The notes: generated by a model from the sequence alone, not told the origin. Numbered from the stretch's first letter, positions 48,571 to 58,529 are shown. The stretch is 64,000 bases of DNA from Acidimicrobiales bacterium (GCA_029263195.1 JAJCXX010000084.1:65713-129712); one strand, 5' to 3'. Numbers and translations are program-made.

Positions 48571-49349
48571 CAACCGATCGGTGTGCTGGCAATCATGAAC
48601 AGGCGTGTGAACGGCAAGAGAGTGATGCCGTTGGTCGTCCGTGGATAGCGCCGGTTGATTCGTTCGGAGTACTCGGCGATGAAACGCCGTGCCTCGGGTT
48701 CCGGTAGTACCGACAGGATCGGACGCAGTGCGCTGCCTGATACCCAAGCCGTGACAGCGTTGGGCCCCGAAAGCTCCTGGATGTAAGTCGTTGTCCAGAT
48801 ATCGAGGGTCTGAGCAATCGGGGACAGCACCTGGTGGTAGTCGCCAGGCCTTCCGACCGGATCCGAGAACAGGTTCGGTTCAAGATCGACGGTCCAGTCC
48901 AGCTCCCGGGCCACGTCGTTGATGATGGTGTGGGTCGGCTGATCGAAGTTGGCCGGCATCTGCGCGGCGAGAACTCCACCGGGGTTCAGGCAAGCCATCA
49001 AGGCGGCAAGAAGCGACTCGTGGTCGGGTAGCCAGTGCAGCGTGGCGTTGCTGTAGAGCAGATCGACCGGAGAACTGGGCCGCCAGGTGTTCAGGTCGGC
49101 CTCCAACCAGGAAGCGTCCGGATGATCAGCGCGAGCCCGTAGGAGCATGTCGGGGGAGTTGTCTACGCCCAGATAGTCGACGGTGGGCCAGCGCGACATC
49201 ATGAACGGGCGGGCCGATCCTGTGCCGCAGCCGAGATCGATCACCGTCTCCACGGCATCGGACGGCACTCTGGCCAGCAACTCGACGGCCGGACGGAGAC
49301 GATGGTCGGCAAATTCCAGATACTGCCCGGGATCCCACTTGCCTGTCAC
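48570..49349 (-). CDS. tam: Trans-aconitate 2-methyltransferase
   Basis: WDPGQYL, RLRPAVELL, DLGCGTG, NATLHWLPDH, QMP.N, LPFTRLF. Confidence 0.85.
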   Translation of the reverse strand: MTGKWDPGQYLEFADHRLRPAVELLARVPSDAVETVIDLGCGTGSARPFMMSRWPTVDYLGVDNSPDMLLRARADHPDASWLEADLNTWRPSSPVDLLYSNATLHWLPDHESLLAALMACLNPGGVLAAQMPANFDQPTHTIINDVARELDWTVDLEPNLFSDPVGRPGDYHQVLSPIAQTLDIWTTTYIQELSGPNAVTAWVSGSALRPILSVLPEPEARRFIAEYSERINRRYPRTTNGITLLPFTRLFMIASTPIG

Positions 49350-49361
49350 AGTGACACTGTG

Positions 49362-49652
49362 TCATTCGAGCGGGGGTGACACGCCATCCTCGCCATCCTC
49401 GCCATCGTCGACGACGGTGCCGAGGTCGATCGTGACGAACGGGTTCCTTGGATTGGATGGAGCTACCCACCTCTCGGCCTGAAAGGACGTCGGCTCGTCG
49501 AGATCGATCTCTTCGGCGACGTCATAGAAATCCTCGAACTCGGAATCTGACGATGAGCCGCCGACGTAGGGGCGAGCCAGAGTGAATACGGCCATCAGGG
49601 CAGTGATGGCGAGCGCGAGCAGGAGCTTCGAAGAGGGTCGTTGGGCGCTCAC
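49362..49652 (-). CDS. Small membrane-anchored protein at the pilP position
   Basis: N-terminal TM; RNPF motif (PilP-like RDPF); overlaps the pilO stop. Confidence 0.55.
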   Translation of the reverse strand: MSAQRPSSKLLLALAITALMAVFTLARPYVGGSSSDSEFEDFYDVAEEIDLDEPTSFQAERWVAPSNPRNPFVTIDLGTVVDDGEDGEDGVSPPLE

Positions 49653-50263
49653 TGTTCGCTCTCCGTGGGATCTGTGAAGTCTTCGAGGTCAGGTTCGGCC
49701 TCGGGCGTGAGGACCGCTGTGGTGAACACACGAAGCTCGAGGTCGAGAATGACCTGCTCCGATATCTCGTCGTCGACATTGAGATCGACCAGGTCGATCA
49801 GCACGAGGCGATCGAGAGCCGTCAACTCGTCGACGAAGGCCAGAAGCCCCGGGTATGTACCTACAGCCCCGATGCTGATCACGATGGACGAGGTGCCGAC
49901 CGGAAGTTCGGCGAGTTGATCGTCGACGTCGTCGTCTCCGCTCACGGCCAAGGGGGCGATCTGGTCAATCGTCACGCCGGCTCGGTTGCCGGCAATGCCG
50001 GCATCAGCGATGAAGACCCCGAGCTGAGACTCCGGTGGTATCGCGCTTTCGGTAGTGGCGATGCGCTGCTCGAACAGGTCGAGGTTCTCGTCGAGAAGCG
50101 AGGCTTCGTTCAACTCTGCGATCAGTTGTACGCGGTCGTCCTCGGCTTGCTGAAGTCTCGCTGCCTCCGTGCCGGACTGCGCTGGGATCCAGCTTGCTGC
50201 GAACCAGACGGAGAGCGTGAGGGCAGGGGCACCGACGAGCTGCATGATCGAACGGCCGGTCAT
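49649..50263 (-). CDS. pilO: Type IV pilus assembly protein PilO
   Basis: TM, coiled coil, IP..., GTY..LLAFVDEL..LDRLV. Confidence 0.75.
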   Translation of the reverse strand: MTGRSIMQLVGAPALTLSVWFAASWIPAQSGTEAARLQQAEDDRVQLIAELNEASLLDENLDLFEQRIATTESAIPPESQLGVFIADAGIAGNRAGVTIDQIAPLAVSGDDDVDDQLAELPVGTSSIVISIGAVGTYPGLLAFVDELTALDRLVLIDLVDLNVDDEISEQVILDLELRVFTTAVLTPEAEPDLEDFTDPTESEQ

Positions 50264-51966
50264 CGGAGTGGATCCAGTTCAATGACCGTCACGGCCGGCG
50301 TCACGACTGCTCCGTCGATGGTGAACACGGCAGCGGTCCTGTCTTCGCTGCTGTAGGGACCGGTGGCAGATTGCGCCAGCCAGAGCCCGGATAGAGATGG
50401 CACCTCCTCGACGGACTGCAACCAGCTGCCGACGCCGCCCAGGTCCTCAGTCACGCCTGTGACGCTCAGAATCGCTCCGGGCTGTGAGCCGTTGTAGCCA
50501 ATGGGGGACTCGCCTCGCTGGGCGCGTTGAATACGAAGAGACAGGAGGAACGAGTCCTGAGGGGCTGCCTCCGCCAGTTGCCGTATCACTGTCGTGAAGC
50601 CGTATTCCTGATTGAGTAGCTCGTTTACTCGATCGGTTTGTCGAGCCGCGGCGGCCTCTTGAGCTTGGTCATCGTCGAGAGCCGACAGATCGGTGCGGAG
50701 CTCCTCGACCACGCGCTCCACCGCCTCGGTGGATGTTCGAAGATTCTGGGCGTTGTCGCTGCGATCCATGGCGTTCGCCATCAGTACTGGTGACATGGCG
50801 ATGGCCACGGCCACTCCGGCACCGATGCGGGACATCCCGGCTCGTCGGTCGCGCACCACGGTCGGGACGAGATCGAAGGTACGGGCGGCGAGCGATGTCG
50901 TGGTGGCGGCGTGGGCCACCGCGAGTGCCTCGTCGAATTGTGAAGCATCGTCGGTGTCGGCTGGCCAGTGTTTGTGTTCGTGGCGCAGGATTTCGGCCTG
51001 TGGGAAAAGCTCCGCCAGATCTGAGGCCAAACTGCGGGATACCGACATGATGCCGCAGAGAGTGATCCGCCCGATCGTGCGAGTGTCAAGGTCCCCCTGG
51101 ACGTAGCGGAGAGTACGACGAATCCCTTCCACCACAGTGGCGCTGCTGGCCACAGCAGGGTCGATCGCTACCGAGTCGTGGCCGCTGTGGTCGTCGTTGC
51201 GTCCGAATTCTTCCAGGATGCTGAGTTCCTTCTGGAGTTCATCGGAGAGCGATGTGGACGAGGCACTGATGCCTGCGGTGACGACTCTGGTGAACAAGAT
51301 GCCGTCGTTGTCGTGCACAATTACGCTGGTGACCGTGGTTGACACGTCGACCAGCACCCCTATGGAGTCCTCAGGCAGCGGATTAGGGCGACTGATCGAC
51401 GACGTGAGAGCTGCCTGAGTCAACTCAATGGACTCGAGTCTCAGCCCGGCTGCCTTGACGGACTGTCGAAGGTCGAGAACGGTTTGCTGTCGGGTGGCGA
51501 GAATCAGGGACTGCACGGTTCCGGGCGACAGGCTCCCTTGGGATCCGATGTCCAGGACGGACACGAGAGCCTCGTCGATCGGGTAGCTCAGGAGATCGGC
51601 AATCTCGAACTCGGCGGCCTGCTGGATGCCTCTCTTGGCCTCCGGGGGGAAGATGGCACGCCGAATCACCGCGGCCCGAGCATCGAGACCCACGGCAATC
51701 CGCTTGGTGGAAAACCCGGCTTCACTCCATAGCTCACGAAGACAGTCTCGGAAGGCTCCGACGTCAGAGATCTCGCCCTGGTCGACGACGCCCGGCGGGA
51801 GATCGAAGGCGATTGCCTTGGTGACGACGTCATTGGATGGCCGTCCAAGTCGGCCCGCGGGCGCGAGTTCGACGGCCCGGATTGTCTGGTCGTCGAACGC
51901 GACTCCGACTGTGCGCCTAGACATGGCCGTCGGCTTTCGCGCCCACGAGGCGAATTGTTGTCGCAT
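50260..51966 (-). CDS. Fused PilM-PilN type IV pilus alignment protein
   Basis: PilM-like VGVAFD..IRAVEL, LPPGVVDQGEI, AAGL; then FDLVP (PilN INLLP-like), TM, coiled coil and PilN-like domain in one ORF. Confidence 0.75.
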   Translation of the reverse strand: MRQQFASWARKPTAMSRRTVGVAFDDQTIRAVELAPAGRLGRPSNDVVTKAIAFDLPPGVVDQGEISDVGAFRDCLRELWSEAGFSTKRIAVGLDARAAVIRRAIFPPEAKRGIQQAAEFEIADLLSYPIDEALVSVLDIGSQGSLSPGTVQSLILATRQQTVLDLRQSVKAAGLRLESIELTQAALTSSISRPNPLPEDSIGVLVDVSTTVTSVIVHDNDGILFTRVVTAGISASSTSLSDELQKELSILEEFGRNDDHSGHDSVAIDPAVASSATVVEGIRRTLRYVQGDLDTRTIGRITLCGIMSVSRSLASDLAELFPQAEILRHEHKHWPADTDDASQFDEALAVAHAATTTSLAARTFDLVPTVVRDRRAGMSRIGAGVAVAIAMSPVLMANAMDRSDNAQNLRTSTEAVERVVEELRTDLSALDDDQAQEAAAARQTDRVNELLNQEYGFTTVIRQLAEAAPQDSFLLSLRIQRAQRGESPIGYNGSQPGAILSVTGVTEDLGGVGSWLQSVEEVPSLSGLWLAQSATGPYSSEDRTAAVFTIDGAVVTPAVTVIELDPLR

Positions 51967-51988
51967 TGTCCCGATATCTCACCCGACT

Positions 51989-52016
51989 CCATCGGATCAC
52001 CGGTGATGGGCTTGAG
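51989..52016 (-). promoter_or_regulatory. Sigma-28/WhiG-type promoter for pilMN-pilO
   Basis: CTCAA-N15-TCCGATGG. Confidence 0.7.
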
Positions 52017-52032
52017 GGATTTGGCAAAACAT

Positions 52033-52060
52033 CTCACCCTGAACAGGAAATAGCCGATGG
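52033..52060 (+). promoter_or_regulatory. Sigma-28/WhiG-type promoter for the minor pilin operon
   Basis: CTCAC-N15-GCCGATGG. Confidence 0.7.
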
Positions 52061-52068
52061 TCACGGTG

Positions 52069-52572
52069 ATGAACCCCACGTCCGCCTCTCGCGCGTCGAA
52101 GCAACTTGAACGCGGCGCCACGATCGTGGAGATGATCGTGGCCACCATGTTGTTGGCAATCGCGGTATTGGCCGCGGCGACAGCCATGGGGGCCGCGACC
52201 AAGACAGCCGCCGTGGCCGAACATCGAAGCGTGGCCGCCCGTCTCGCCACCAGTGAAGTCGAGTCGATTCGCTCGCGCCCCTACGGTCTGATTGGAATCG
52301 ATCCAGCCACCAGGGGGTACAAGCCGCGCTTCGAGGGGCGACCGACAGTGTCCGGGCGCGATCATGTGCTGAAGCCAACCGGAACCGTGAGCGTGGGCGG
52401 AGTCGACTACCGGATTGAGCGCCACGTGACGTGGTCGCCAATCACGGTCGGAGGTTCGACCTCCGCTGAAGGGTTCAAGATCATCACGATCATCGTCGCC
52501 TGGGACGACACCGGCGGGCCACACGAAGTACGTCAGGACACGGGGATCTTTCGTCATGATGACGATGACTGA
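52069..52572 (+). CDS. Minor pilin (PilV-like)
   Basis: Class III signal ERG/ATIVEMIVA; RLATSEVESIRS. Confidence 0.75.
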   Translation: MNPTSASRASKQLERGATIVEMIVATMLLAIAVLAAATAMGAATKTAAVAEHRSVAARLATSEVESIRSRPYGLIGIDPATRGYKPRFEGRPTVSGRDHVLKPTGTVSVGGVDYRIERHVTWSPITVGGSTSAEGFKIITIIVAWDDTGGPHEVRQDTGIFRHDDDD

Positions 52573-53146
52573 CCACGAGCGCGGAACCACCATCATCGAG
52601 ATGCTGGTCGTGTTGTCGATGTCGGCGCTGTTGGCCGTTCCGCTGCTGGGTGTCGTTCAGAGTGCAACTCGGATCGAGGAGGACCAGATCACGCGAATCG
52701 ATGTTCGGTCCAAGCTTGATAGGGCCCTCACCGAGATCTCCGATGACATTCGTCTTTCGGTGCCGAACGCAGATCTGGTTTCATCGTCGAGTCTCGGACA
52801 TACGCTACCTCTCTCGGCGAACGCGGCCGATGGCAGCCAGACGCTCACGCTCTGGGTGGTGGGGGCCGACGGGCTGGAGCGTGTCGTCCACGACGCCGCG
52901 ACCTTGCGAGAGACACAACGCTCGGTGTTCGTGGCTGAGGTGGTTCCCGTGGCCGGTATGCCTTCGTTCTCGTACTTCGACTCCGACGGAGATGAGCTTC
53001 AACCCAGAACCACACCGATCGACACGCTCGTCAACTGCACGGCGCTTATCAGGGTGACGCTCGCAGCCGATGCGGGGAGCAAGATCGTGACGTCCTCCGT
53101 CGACGTGGCGCTGCGCTCGAGAGAGCCTGGAGGGAACGGATGCTGA
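52565..53146 (+). CDS. Minor pilin (PilW-like)
   Basis: ERG/TTIIEMLVV; EISDDIR; FSYFD. Confidence 0.75.
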   Translation: MTDHERGTTIIEMLVVLSMSALLAVPLLGVVQSATRIEEDQITRIDVRSKLDRALTEISDDIRLSVPNADLVSSSSLGHTLPLSANAADGSQTLTLWVVGADGLERVVHDAATLRETQRSVFVAEVVPVAGMPSFSYFDSDGDELQPRTTPIDTLVNCTALIRVTLAADAGSKIVTSSVDVALRSREPGGNGC

Positions 53147-54195
53147 ACCGCCGTGGGTTGAGAGATCCCGAGAGTGGCAGTGTTGTCCTGGCCCTTCTGG
53201 TGATGATGGTGGTGACCCTTTTGGGCATCGCCGTTCTCTCGGAATCGCAACGTGCTCTTGGTGGAAGTCGCCGCGACACCGATGAGGGGCGAGCCCTCGC
53301 ATCGGCTGAACTCGCAGTGAACGAGGCATTCGCCCGCATAGATGCTGGCGAGGTGTCACATTTCGCTGGCGCTGGCGCCTTCGACAATGCCGACTACAGC
53401 TTCGATGCCCAGCCGGCAGGCCGTTCGACATGGGACATACAGGCTCGCGCCACATCCGGTGACACAACTCGAGCCTTCACCGCAACGGTCAGCCGGGAGG
53501 CACTCTTCTCCTACACGCTGTTCGCCACCTCAAGCATCGAGATCAACCGCAACACCGGCCGGATCAGGGGACGAGTCGGCACCAACGGATCGATGGATAT
53601 CACGGGACCGGCCCCCGGCGACGTGCAGGAGCTCTATCTACCCGACGGAATCTGCTCCGGCTGTACTGACCCGGTCACTCTCGACGGACCTCGCGCCGTT
53701 CCTTCGGTGGAGTTTCCGGACGGTTCGACCCAGGAATGTCCTGAAGACGGGCTGTTCGAGGAGGACGTCGACGGCCGGTCGGGAATTCCCTACATCTGCG
53801 ACGATTCCTTCGACGAGGTTGTCTTCGAGGGAGAGGTGAGAATTCTGAATCCCCCTCTGATCGTCTATGTAGACGAGGGTGTGGATGTCGAGTTGGACGA
53901 AGCCACTGTGGTGCCGCCTGGCCGGGCGTCTGGGTTCCAGCTGTTCGTGGCGAGCGAGGACGATGATGACGATGAGTCGATATCAGCCTCCGAGGCCGAG
54001 ATCAAGGGCCTGATTTTCGCGCCGGGACGGTCTCTTCGCACCGACGACTTCGATCTGACCGGCTCGATCACTCTGCGAAGCTTGGAAGTGCCTCGAAGGG
54101 GGGACGTGTCGATATTGGCCGATGTCTCACTCCTGACCTTGGGCGACGGTTCGTGGCGCCTGGTCGATCTTCGGTCGGTTCCGCCCAAGGCGTGA
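53140..54195 (+). CDS. Minor pilin (PilX-like)
   Basis: ESG/SVVLALLVMMVV lacking E5; RALASAE; beta-rich C-terminus with GLIFAP. Confidence 0.7.
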   Translation: MLNRRGLRDPESGSVVLALLVMMVVTLLGIAVLSESQRALGGSRRDTDEGRALASAELAVNEAFARIDAGEVSHFAGAGAFDNADYSFDAQPAGRSTWDIQARATSGDTTRAFTATVSREALFSYTLFATSSIEINRNTGRIRGRVGTNGSMDITGPAPGDVQELYLPDGICSGCTDPVTLDGPRAVPSVEFPDGSTQECPEDGLFEEDVDGRSGIPYICDDSFDEVVFEGEVRILNPPLIVYVDEGVDVELDEATVVPPGRASGFQLFVASEDDDDDESISASEAEIKGLIFAPGRSLRTDDFDLTGSITLRSLEVPRRGDVSILADVSLLTLGDGSWRLVDLRSVPPKA

Positions 54196-54214
54196 CAGCC
54201 ACCGCGAGACCGGG

Positions 54215-55930
54215 TCAGGTGATGACCCGGAACAGCTCCTCCACCGTGGTCAATCCCGTCTTCACTTTCCGAAGCCCGTCGGCCCGCAGGGTGATCATTC
54301 CCTGCTGAATGGCCAGACGTTCGACCTCCTCGACCCGTGCGTGCGAGAGGACCAGTTCGGAGATCTCTTCCGACATCGACAGGACTTCGTGAATGGCGAA
54401 CCGGCCCCGGTAGCCGGTACCGCTGCAGGAATCGCATCCAACAGTAGCGAAGCCCTCGAAGGATTCGCTCGATCTGAGGTCCTCCGGGAGCGCCGCAATG
54501 CCTGCGTCCTTCAGGCCAAGATGTTCGAGCCGGATCTCCTTGGGTACCTTGCACTTCTCACAGAGCTTGCGTGCCAATCGCTGAGCCAAGACCGCCGAGA
54601 GCGAGGAAGAGACCAAGAATGGCTCGACTCCCATCTCGATGAGCCGCATCGGAGCGGACGCGCTGTTGTTGGTGTGAAGAGTCGAGAGTACGAGGTGACC
54701 GGTGAGGGCCGCCTCCACGGCAGTGGTGGCGGTCTCACCGTCGCGAATTTCGCCGATGAGCATGACATCAGGATCGGCCCGCAGGAAGGATCGGAGCGCC
54801 CGAGCGAATGTCATGCCGGTCTTCTCGTTGACCTGGACCTGCTTGATGCCGTCCATTCGATACTCGACGGGATCCTCGATAGTGATGATGTTGCGTGTCG
54901 GGTCTCGTAGTTCCTCGAGAGTGGCGTACAGCGTCGTGGATTTGCCCGACCCGGTGGGTCCGGTGACCAGAATCGCTCCCCAGGGCTGCTCGTAGGCGTC
55001 CCGATAGCGAGCCAGCTGGTCGGGGAGGAATCCGATTCCGCCGATGCCCCCACCATGCGTGCCGCCCCTCAGGAGTCTGAGAACGGCAGCCTCTCCATGG
55101 ATTGTTGGAATGGTCACGACCCGCACGTCGTAGTCGACATTGTTGACGCTGGCCGTGAGGCGTCCGTCCTGGGGCACCCGACGCTCCGCGATGTCCATCT
55201 CGGCCATGACCTTGATTCGGCTGATGATCCCGGCGCGGAGAGAACGTGGGGGTGACATTGCTTCATGCAACACGCCGTCGACTCGGAATCGAATACGAAG
55301 ATCATCAGAAGTCGGCTCCACGTGGATATCCGACGCATCCTCCTGTATCGCCTTGGCAAGCAGTAGGTCGATGAATTGAACGATCGGGGCCTTGCTCCGA
55401 TCACTACTCGGCGACGTGGTGATGGGCGCCGCGGCATCCTTGCGCTCTCCGACGGCGGCCTGGATGGTCTCCAACACTCGGTTGTCGCTGTGTCCAAGTT
55501 GGCCTATGGCGGCCGTGATCTGTGCAGCCTCCGCCATTACAGGCACGACCTGGCGACCTACGAGCGATCGAATGTCGTCGAGGGCGAGAACGTCCGCTGG
55601 ATTGACCATGGCTACGACTATCTGGCGGCCATCTCTCCAGACCGGTAGCGCACGATGTCGGGTTGCCAGCTGTTGGGGAATTGCCTGGGCAAGTTCAATG
55701 TCGATCGGCCGATCGTTGAGATCGACGAACGGAAGATCGAACTGCACTGCCAAGGCCCGCACGAGATCTCGTGACTTGACCAAACCCTGGTCGAGGAGGA
55801 CCTCGCCGAGTCTCTTGCCGGTTGAGCGTTGAAGTTCCAGCGCGCTCGAAATGTCGGATTCGTTGACAATATTCAGCTCGACGAGGATCTCGCCGATTCT
55901 TCGGCGTGTTGCGACAGCGATCTGGCTCAT
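54215..55930 (-). CDS. pilB: Type IV pilus assembly ATPase PilB with N-terminal MshEN domain
   Basis: RIGEIL..Q and RLGEVL..GLV..L..Q; ASDIH, GPTGSGKST, EDPVEY, LRADPD, TGHLV, CEKC/CDSC. Confidence 0.93.
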   Translation of the reverse strand: MSQIAVATRRRIGEILVELNIVNESDISSALELQRSTGKRLGEVLLDQGLVKSRDLVRALAVQFDLPFVDLNDRPIDIELAQAIPQQLATRHRALPVWRDGRQIVVAMVNPADVLALDDIRSLVGRQVVPVMAEAAQITAAIGQLGHSDNRVLETIQAAVGERKDAAAPITTSPSSDRSKAPIVQFIDLLLAKAIQEDASDIHVEPTSDDLRIRFRVDGVLHEAMSPPRSLRAGIISRIKVMAEMDIAERRVPQDGRLTASVNNVDYDVRVVTIPTIHGEAAVLRLLRGGTHGGGIGGIGFLPDQLARYRDAYEQPWGAILVTGPTGSGKSTTLYATLEELRDPTRNIITIEDPVEYRMDGIKQVQVNEKTGMTFARALRSFLRADPDVMLIGEIRDGETATTAVEAALTGHLVLSTLHTNNSASAPMRLIEMGVEPFLVSSSLSAVLAQRLARKLCEKCKVPKEIRLEHLGLKDAGIAALPEDLRSSESFEGFATVGCDSCSGTGYRGRFAIHEVLSMSEEISELVLSHARVEEVERLAIQQGMITLRADGLRKVKTGLTTVEELFRVIT

Positions 55931-55937
55931 GAATCTG

Positions 55938-55965
55938 TAATCGGCCGCATGGTGCATGTTGTGAG
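55938..55965 (-). promoter_or_regulatory. Sigma-28/WhiG-type promoter for pilB
   Basis: CTCAC-N15-GCCGATTA; ATG 9 nt past the hexamer. Confidence 0.7.
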
Positions 55966-56012
55966 ACATCTGTTCGGCATCGTGACTCTCGGACCCGCCG
56001 GGAAACGATGCG

Positions 56013-56040
56013 CTCAAGATGGCGATGCTGCGTCCGACTC
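56013..56040 (+). promoter_or_regulatory. Sigma-28/WhiG-type promoter for pilT-pilC
   Basis: CTCAA-N15-TCCGAC; GTG 9 nt past the hexamer. Confidence 0.7.
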
Positions 56041-56047
56041 TGAACAT

Positions 56048-57208
56048 GTGGAAGCTGAACTAAACACCGACTGGAACGACCTCGACGATGACAGCCGAGA
56101 CTTTCTCGCTGGCGCTCTCATGGAAGGTGACACCCAAGGAGGCGACCGACTCGGCGAGCTACTTGATGCGGCGGTATCTGCCGGAGCGTCGGATCTTCAC
56201 CTGAGCGCCGGGCACGCCCCCCACATTCGAGTCTCGGGCGATCTGAGACCTCTGGCCGGATCGGAACTCTTCTCGGAGCGCGAACTCAATGAGATCCTCA
56301 CAGGCGCCCTGTCCGTTGATCAACGAGCCACTCTTGAATCTGCCGGTGATCTGGACACAGCGCTCAGCCTCGGTGCCAGCGGCGACGGCCGACGGTTTCG
56401 GGCCAGCTTCTTCCGGCAATCAGGATCCCTCGCGGCCGCGATACGAGTTGTGCCTTCGAGAATCCCTGCACTTGCCGATCTGGGTCTGCCGCCCCTGGTT
56501 GATCAGTTCGCTCAACTCCGAAGTGGTCTCGTGCTGGTCACCGGCCCCACCGGTTCTGGAAAGTCCACAACTCTCGCTTCGATGATCGAGCAGATCAATC
56601 AGACCCGGTCGGCTCACATCATCACCATTGAAGATCCGGTGGAGTACCGGTATTCACCAGTCATGTCCGTTGTCCAGCAGCGGGAGGTCGGGCCCGACAC
56701 GAAGTCATTCGTCACGGCGCTGCGTTCCGCCCTCCGGCAGGACCCTGATGTCGTTCTGATCGGCGAGCTCAGAGATCTCGAAACCATTCGGATCGCCCTA
56801 ACGGCAGCGGAGACTGGCCACGTCGTGTACGCGACCCTTCACAGTTCGGATGCCACCAGCTCGGTCAATCGCATCATCGACGTGTTCCCGGCCGATCAGC
56901 AAAGCCAGATTCGCTCGCAGTTGGCTCTTTCGATCGAGGGTTGTATCAGTCAACGACTCCTCACCGCCCGTGATGGCTCGCTCGTACCGGCCACCGAGGC
57001 AATGGTGGCGACCACCGCCATCAGGAATCTGATCCGAGTTGACAAGGTCCATCAGTTGAAGTCCGTCCTGGAAATGGGCGGAGCTGAAGGCATGCACACG
57101 TTCGATCAATCGCTCGCCGGCTTGGTCCGTCGAGGGCGCCTCGACATTCAGGTTGCAATGACGGTGGCCGACAACACGAAGAACTTGGAAGCGCTGGTGA
57201 GAGCATGA
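56048..57208 (+). CDS. pilT: Type IV pilus retraction ATPase PilT
   Basis: ASDLHL, GPTGSGKSTT, QREVG, ALRQDPD, AAETGH and the PilT-specific AIRNLIR; start uncertain. Confidence 0.93.
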   Translation: MEAELNTDWNDLDDDSRDFLAGALMEGDTQGGDRLGELLDAAVSAGASDLHLSAGHAPHIRVSGDLRPLAGSELFSERELNEILTGALSVDQRATLESAGDLDTALSLGASGDGRRFRASFFRQSGSLAAAIRVVPSRIPALADLGLPPLVDQFAQLRSGLVLVTGPTGSGKSTTLASMIEQINQTRSAHIITIEDPVEYRYSPVMSVVQQREVGPDTKSFVTALRSALRQDPDVVLIGELRDLETIRIALTAAETGHVVYATLHSSDATSSVNRIIDVFPADQQSQIRSQLALSIEGCISQRLLTARDGSLVPATEAMVATTAIRNLIRVDKVHQLKSVLEMGGAEGMHTFDQSLAGLVRRGRLDIQVAMTVADNTKNLEALVRA

Positions 57209-58515
57209 GAGCGCTCTCGGTTCGCTCCTCGACCCGCCGTCAGGGGCAGGGTCCGACTCGGCCACGCGACGCCGCGCGGACTCCAGCGAGTCGCCGACCC
57301 CGCACTTACCGCTACAAGGCGATTTCGGCAGATGGTTCGGTCCTGGCCGGGGACGTGGAAGGCGATTCCGAGTCCGATGCCGCTGCTCGAATCCGTCGAC
57401 TGGGGCTTCGTCCCATGTCGGTCCGCAAGTCGCATTCGGCCAATCTCGGCAAAGAGATGTCCATCCCGGGATTCAGAGCGAAGGTGAAGGGCGGGGATCT
57501 CGCTGTTGTGGCGCGCCAGTTCGCGACCATGGTCAACGCGGGGGTACCTCTCCTTCGGGCCTTGGCGGTGCTGAGAGATCAGTCCGACAACGCGCTGCTG
57601 AGCGCGACGTTGGAACGAATGAGGGCAGATGTCGAAGGCGGTGACTCACTCAGCGACGCGATCAGCCGCCATCCCCGCGTCTTCGATCGCCTCTTCGTGT
57701 CGATGATTCGGTCAGGAGAGGCCGCCGGAGCGCTGGATGTCGTTCTGATGCAGATGGCCACGACGCTGGAACGATCGGTCGCAATGCGTCAGAAGATCCG
57801 GTCTGCTCTGGCATACCCGATTGCGGTGCTGTTCATGGTTACGGGAGTGATCATCGCGATGCTCGCGTTCGTAGTACCGGCATTTGCTGGGATCTACGAC
57901 GACCTCGGTGGAACGCTGCCACTGCCGACCAGGGTCCTGGTTGCGGTGTCTGATCTGTTCACGCAACGACTTCCGCTGGTGATCGTTCTGATTGTGGTGA
58001 CCGTGGTGGGGGTACGGAGTTGGAAGCGCACCGAGTCGGGGCAGCTGCGCTGGGACTCGATCAAGCTACGGCTGCCGCTGGTCGGCGATCTGCTTCTCAA
58101 AAGCAGCATGGCCCGATTCGGGAGAACCATGTCGGTTCTCACAAAGTCCGGAGTACCGGTACTGGAGACTCTCAGGATCACCTCAGAGACCCTCGGCAAC
58201 GCGGTTCTTTCGCGCTCGTTGCTCGATGCACGTGACGCGGTGCGCCGAGGGGAGGAGATTGCTCCGAATCTGGCGAAGAACAGTCTGTTCCCGGCGATGG
58301 TCGTGCAGCTGGTAACAGTCGGCGAGGAGGCTGGAGCGCTCGACGAGATGTTCGACACGATCGGCCGCACCTACGAGCAAGAGGTCGAGACGGCGGTCGC
58401 CGGCTTTGCCGCTCTGATCGAACCGTTGATGATGGCATTCATCGGGGTGGTCGTCGGCGGAATGGTTGTTGCTCTGTATCTCCCGATGTTCAGGGTGATT
58501 GATCTCGTGCAGTGA
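57205..58515 (+). CDS. pilC: Type IV pilus platform protein PilC (T2SS F family)
   Basis: RQFATMVNAGVPL, GEAAG.L, ALAYP, IEP, ALYLPMF. Confidence 0.93.
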   Translation: MRALSVRSSTRRQGQGPTRPRDAARTPASRRPRTYRYKAISADGSVLAGDVEGDSESDAAARIRRLGLRPMSVRKSHSANLGKEMSIPGFRAKVKGGDLAVVARQFATMVNAGVPLLRALAVLRDQSDNALLSATLERMRADVEGGDSLSDAISRHPRVFDRLFVSMIRSGEAAGALDVVLMQMATTLERSVAMRQKIRSALAYPIAVLFMVTGVIIAMLAFVVPAFAGIYDDLGGTLPLPTRVLVAVSDLFTQRLPLVIVLIVVTVVGVRSWKRTESGQLRWDSIKLRLPLVGDLLLKSSMARFGRTMSVLTKSGVPVLETLRITSETLGNAVLSRSLLDARDAVRRGEEIAPNLAKNSLFPAMVVQLVTVGEEAGALDEMFDTIGRTYEQEVETAVAGFAALIEPLMMAFIGVVVGGMVVALYLPMFRVIDLVQ

Positions 58516-58529
58516 CCTGGCGCCAAACC

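Noticed and set aside
52020-52060. c-di-GMP-I riboswitch (GGCAAA seed)
   Set aside because: The rest of the GEMM structure is absent and the region is explained by two divergent promoters
54196-56047. pilB as an invertible, phase-variable segment
   Set aside because: No flanking inverted repeats or recombinase gene seen, and pilB has its own correctly oriented promoter
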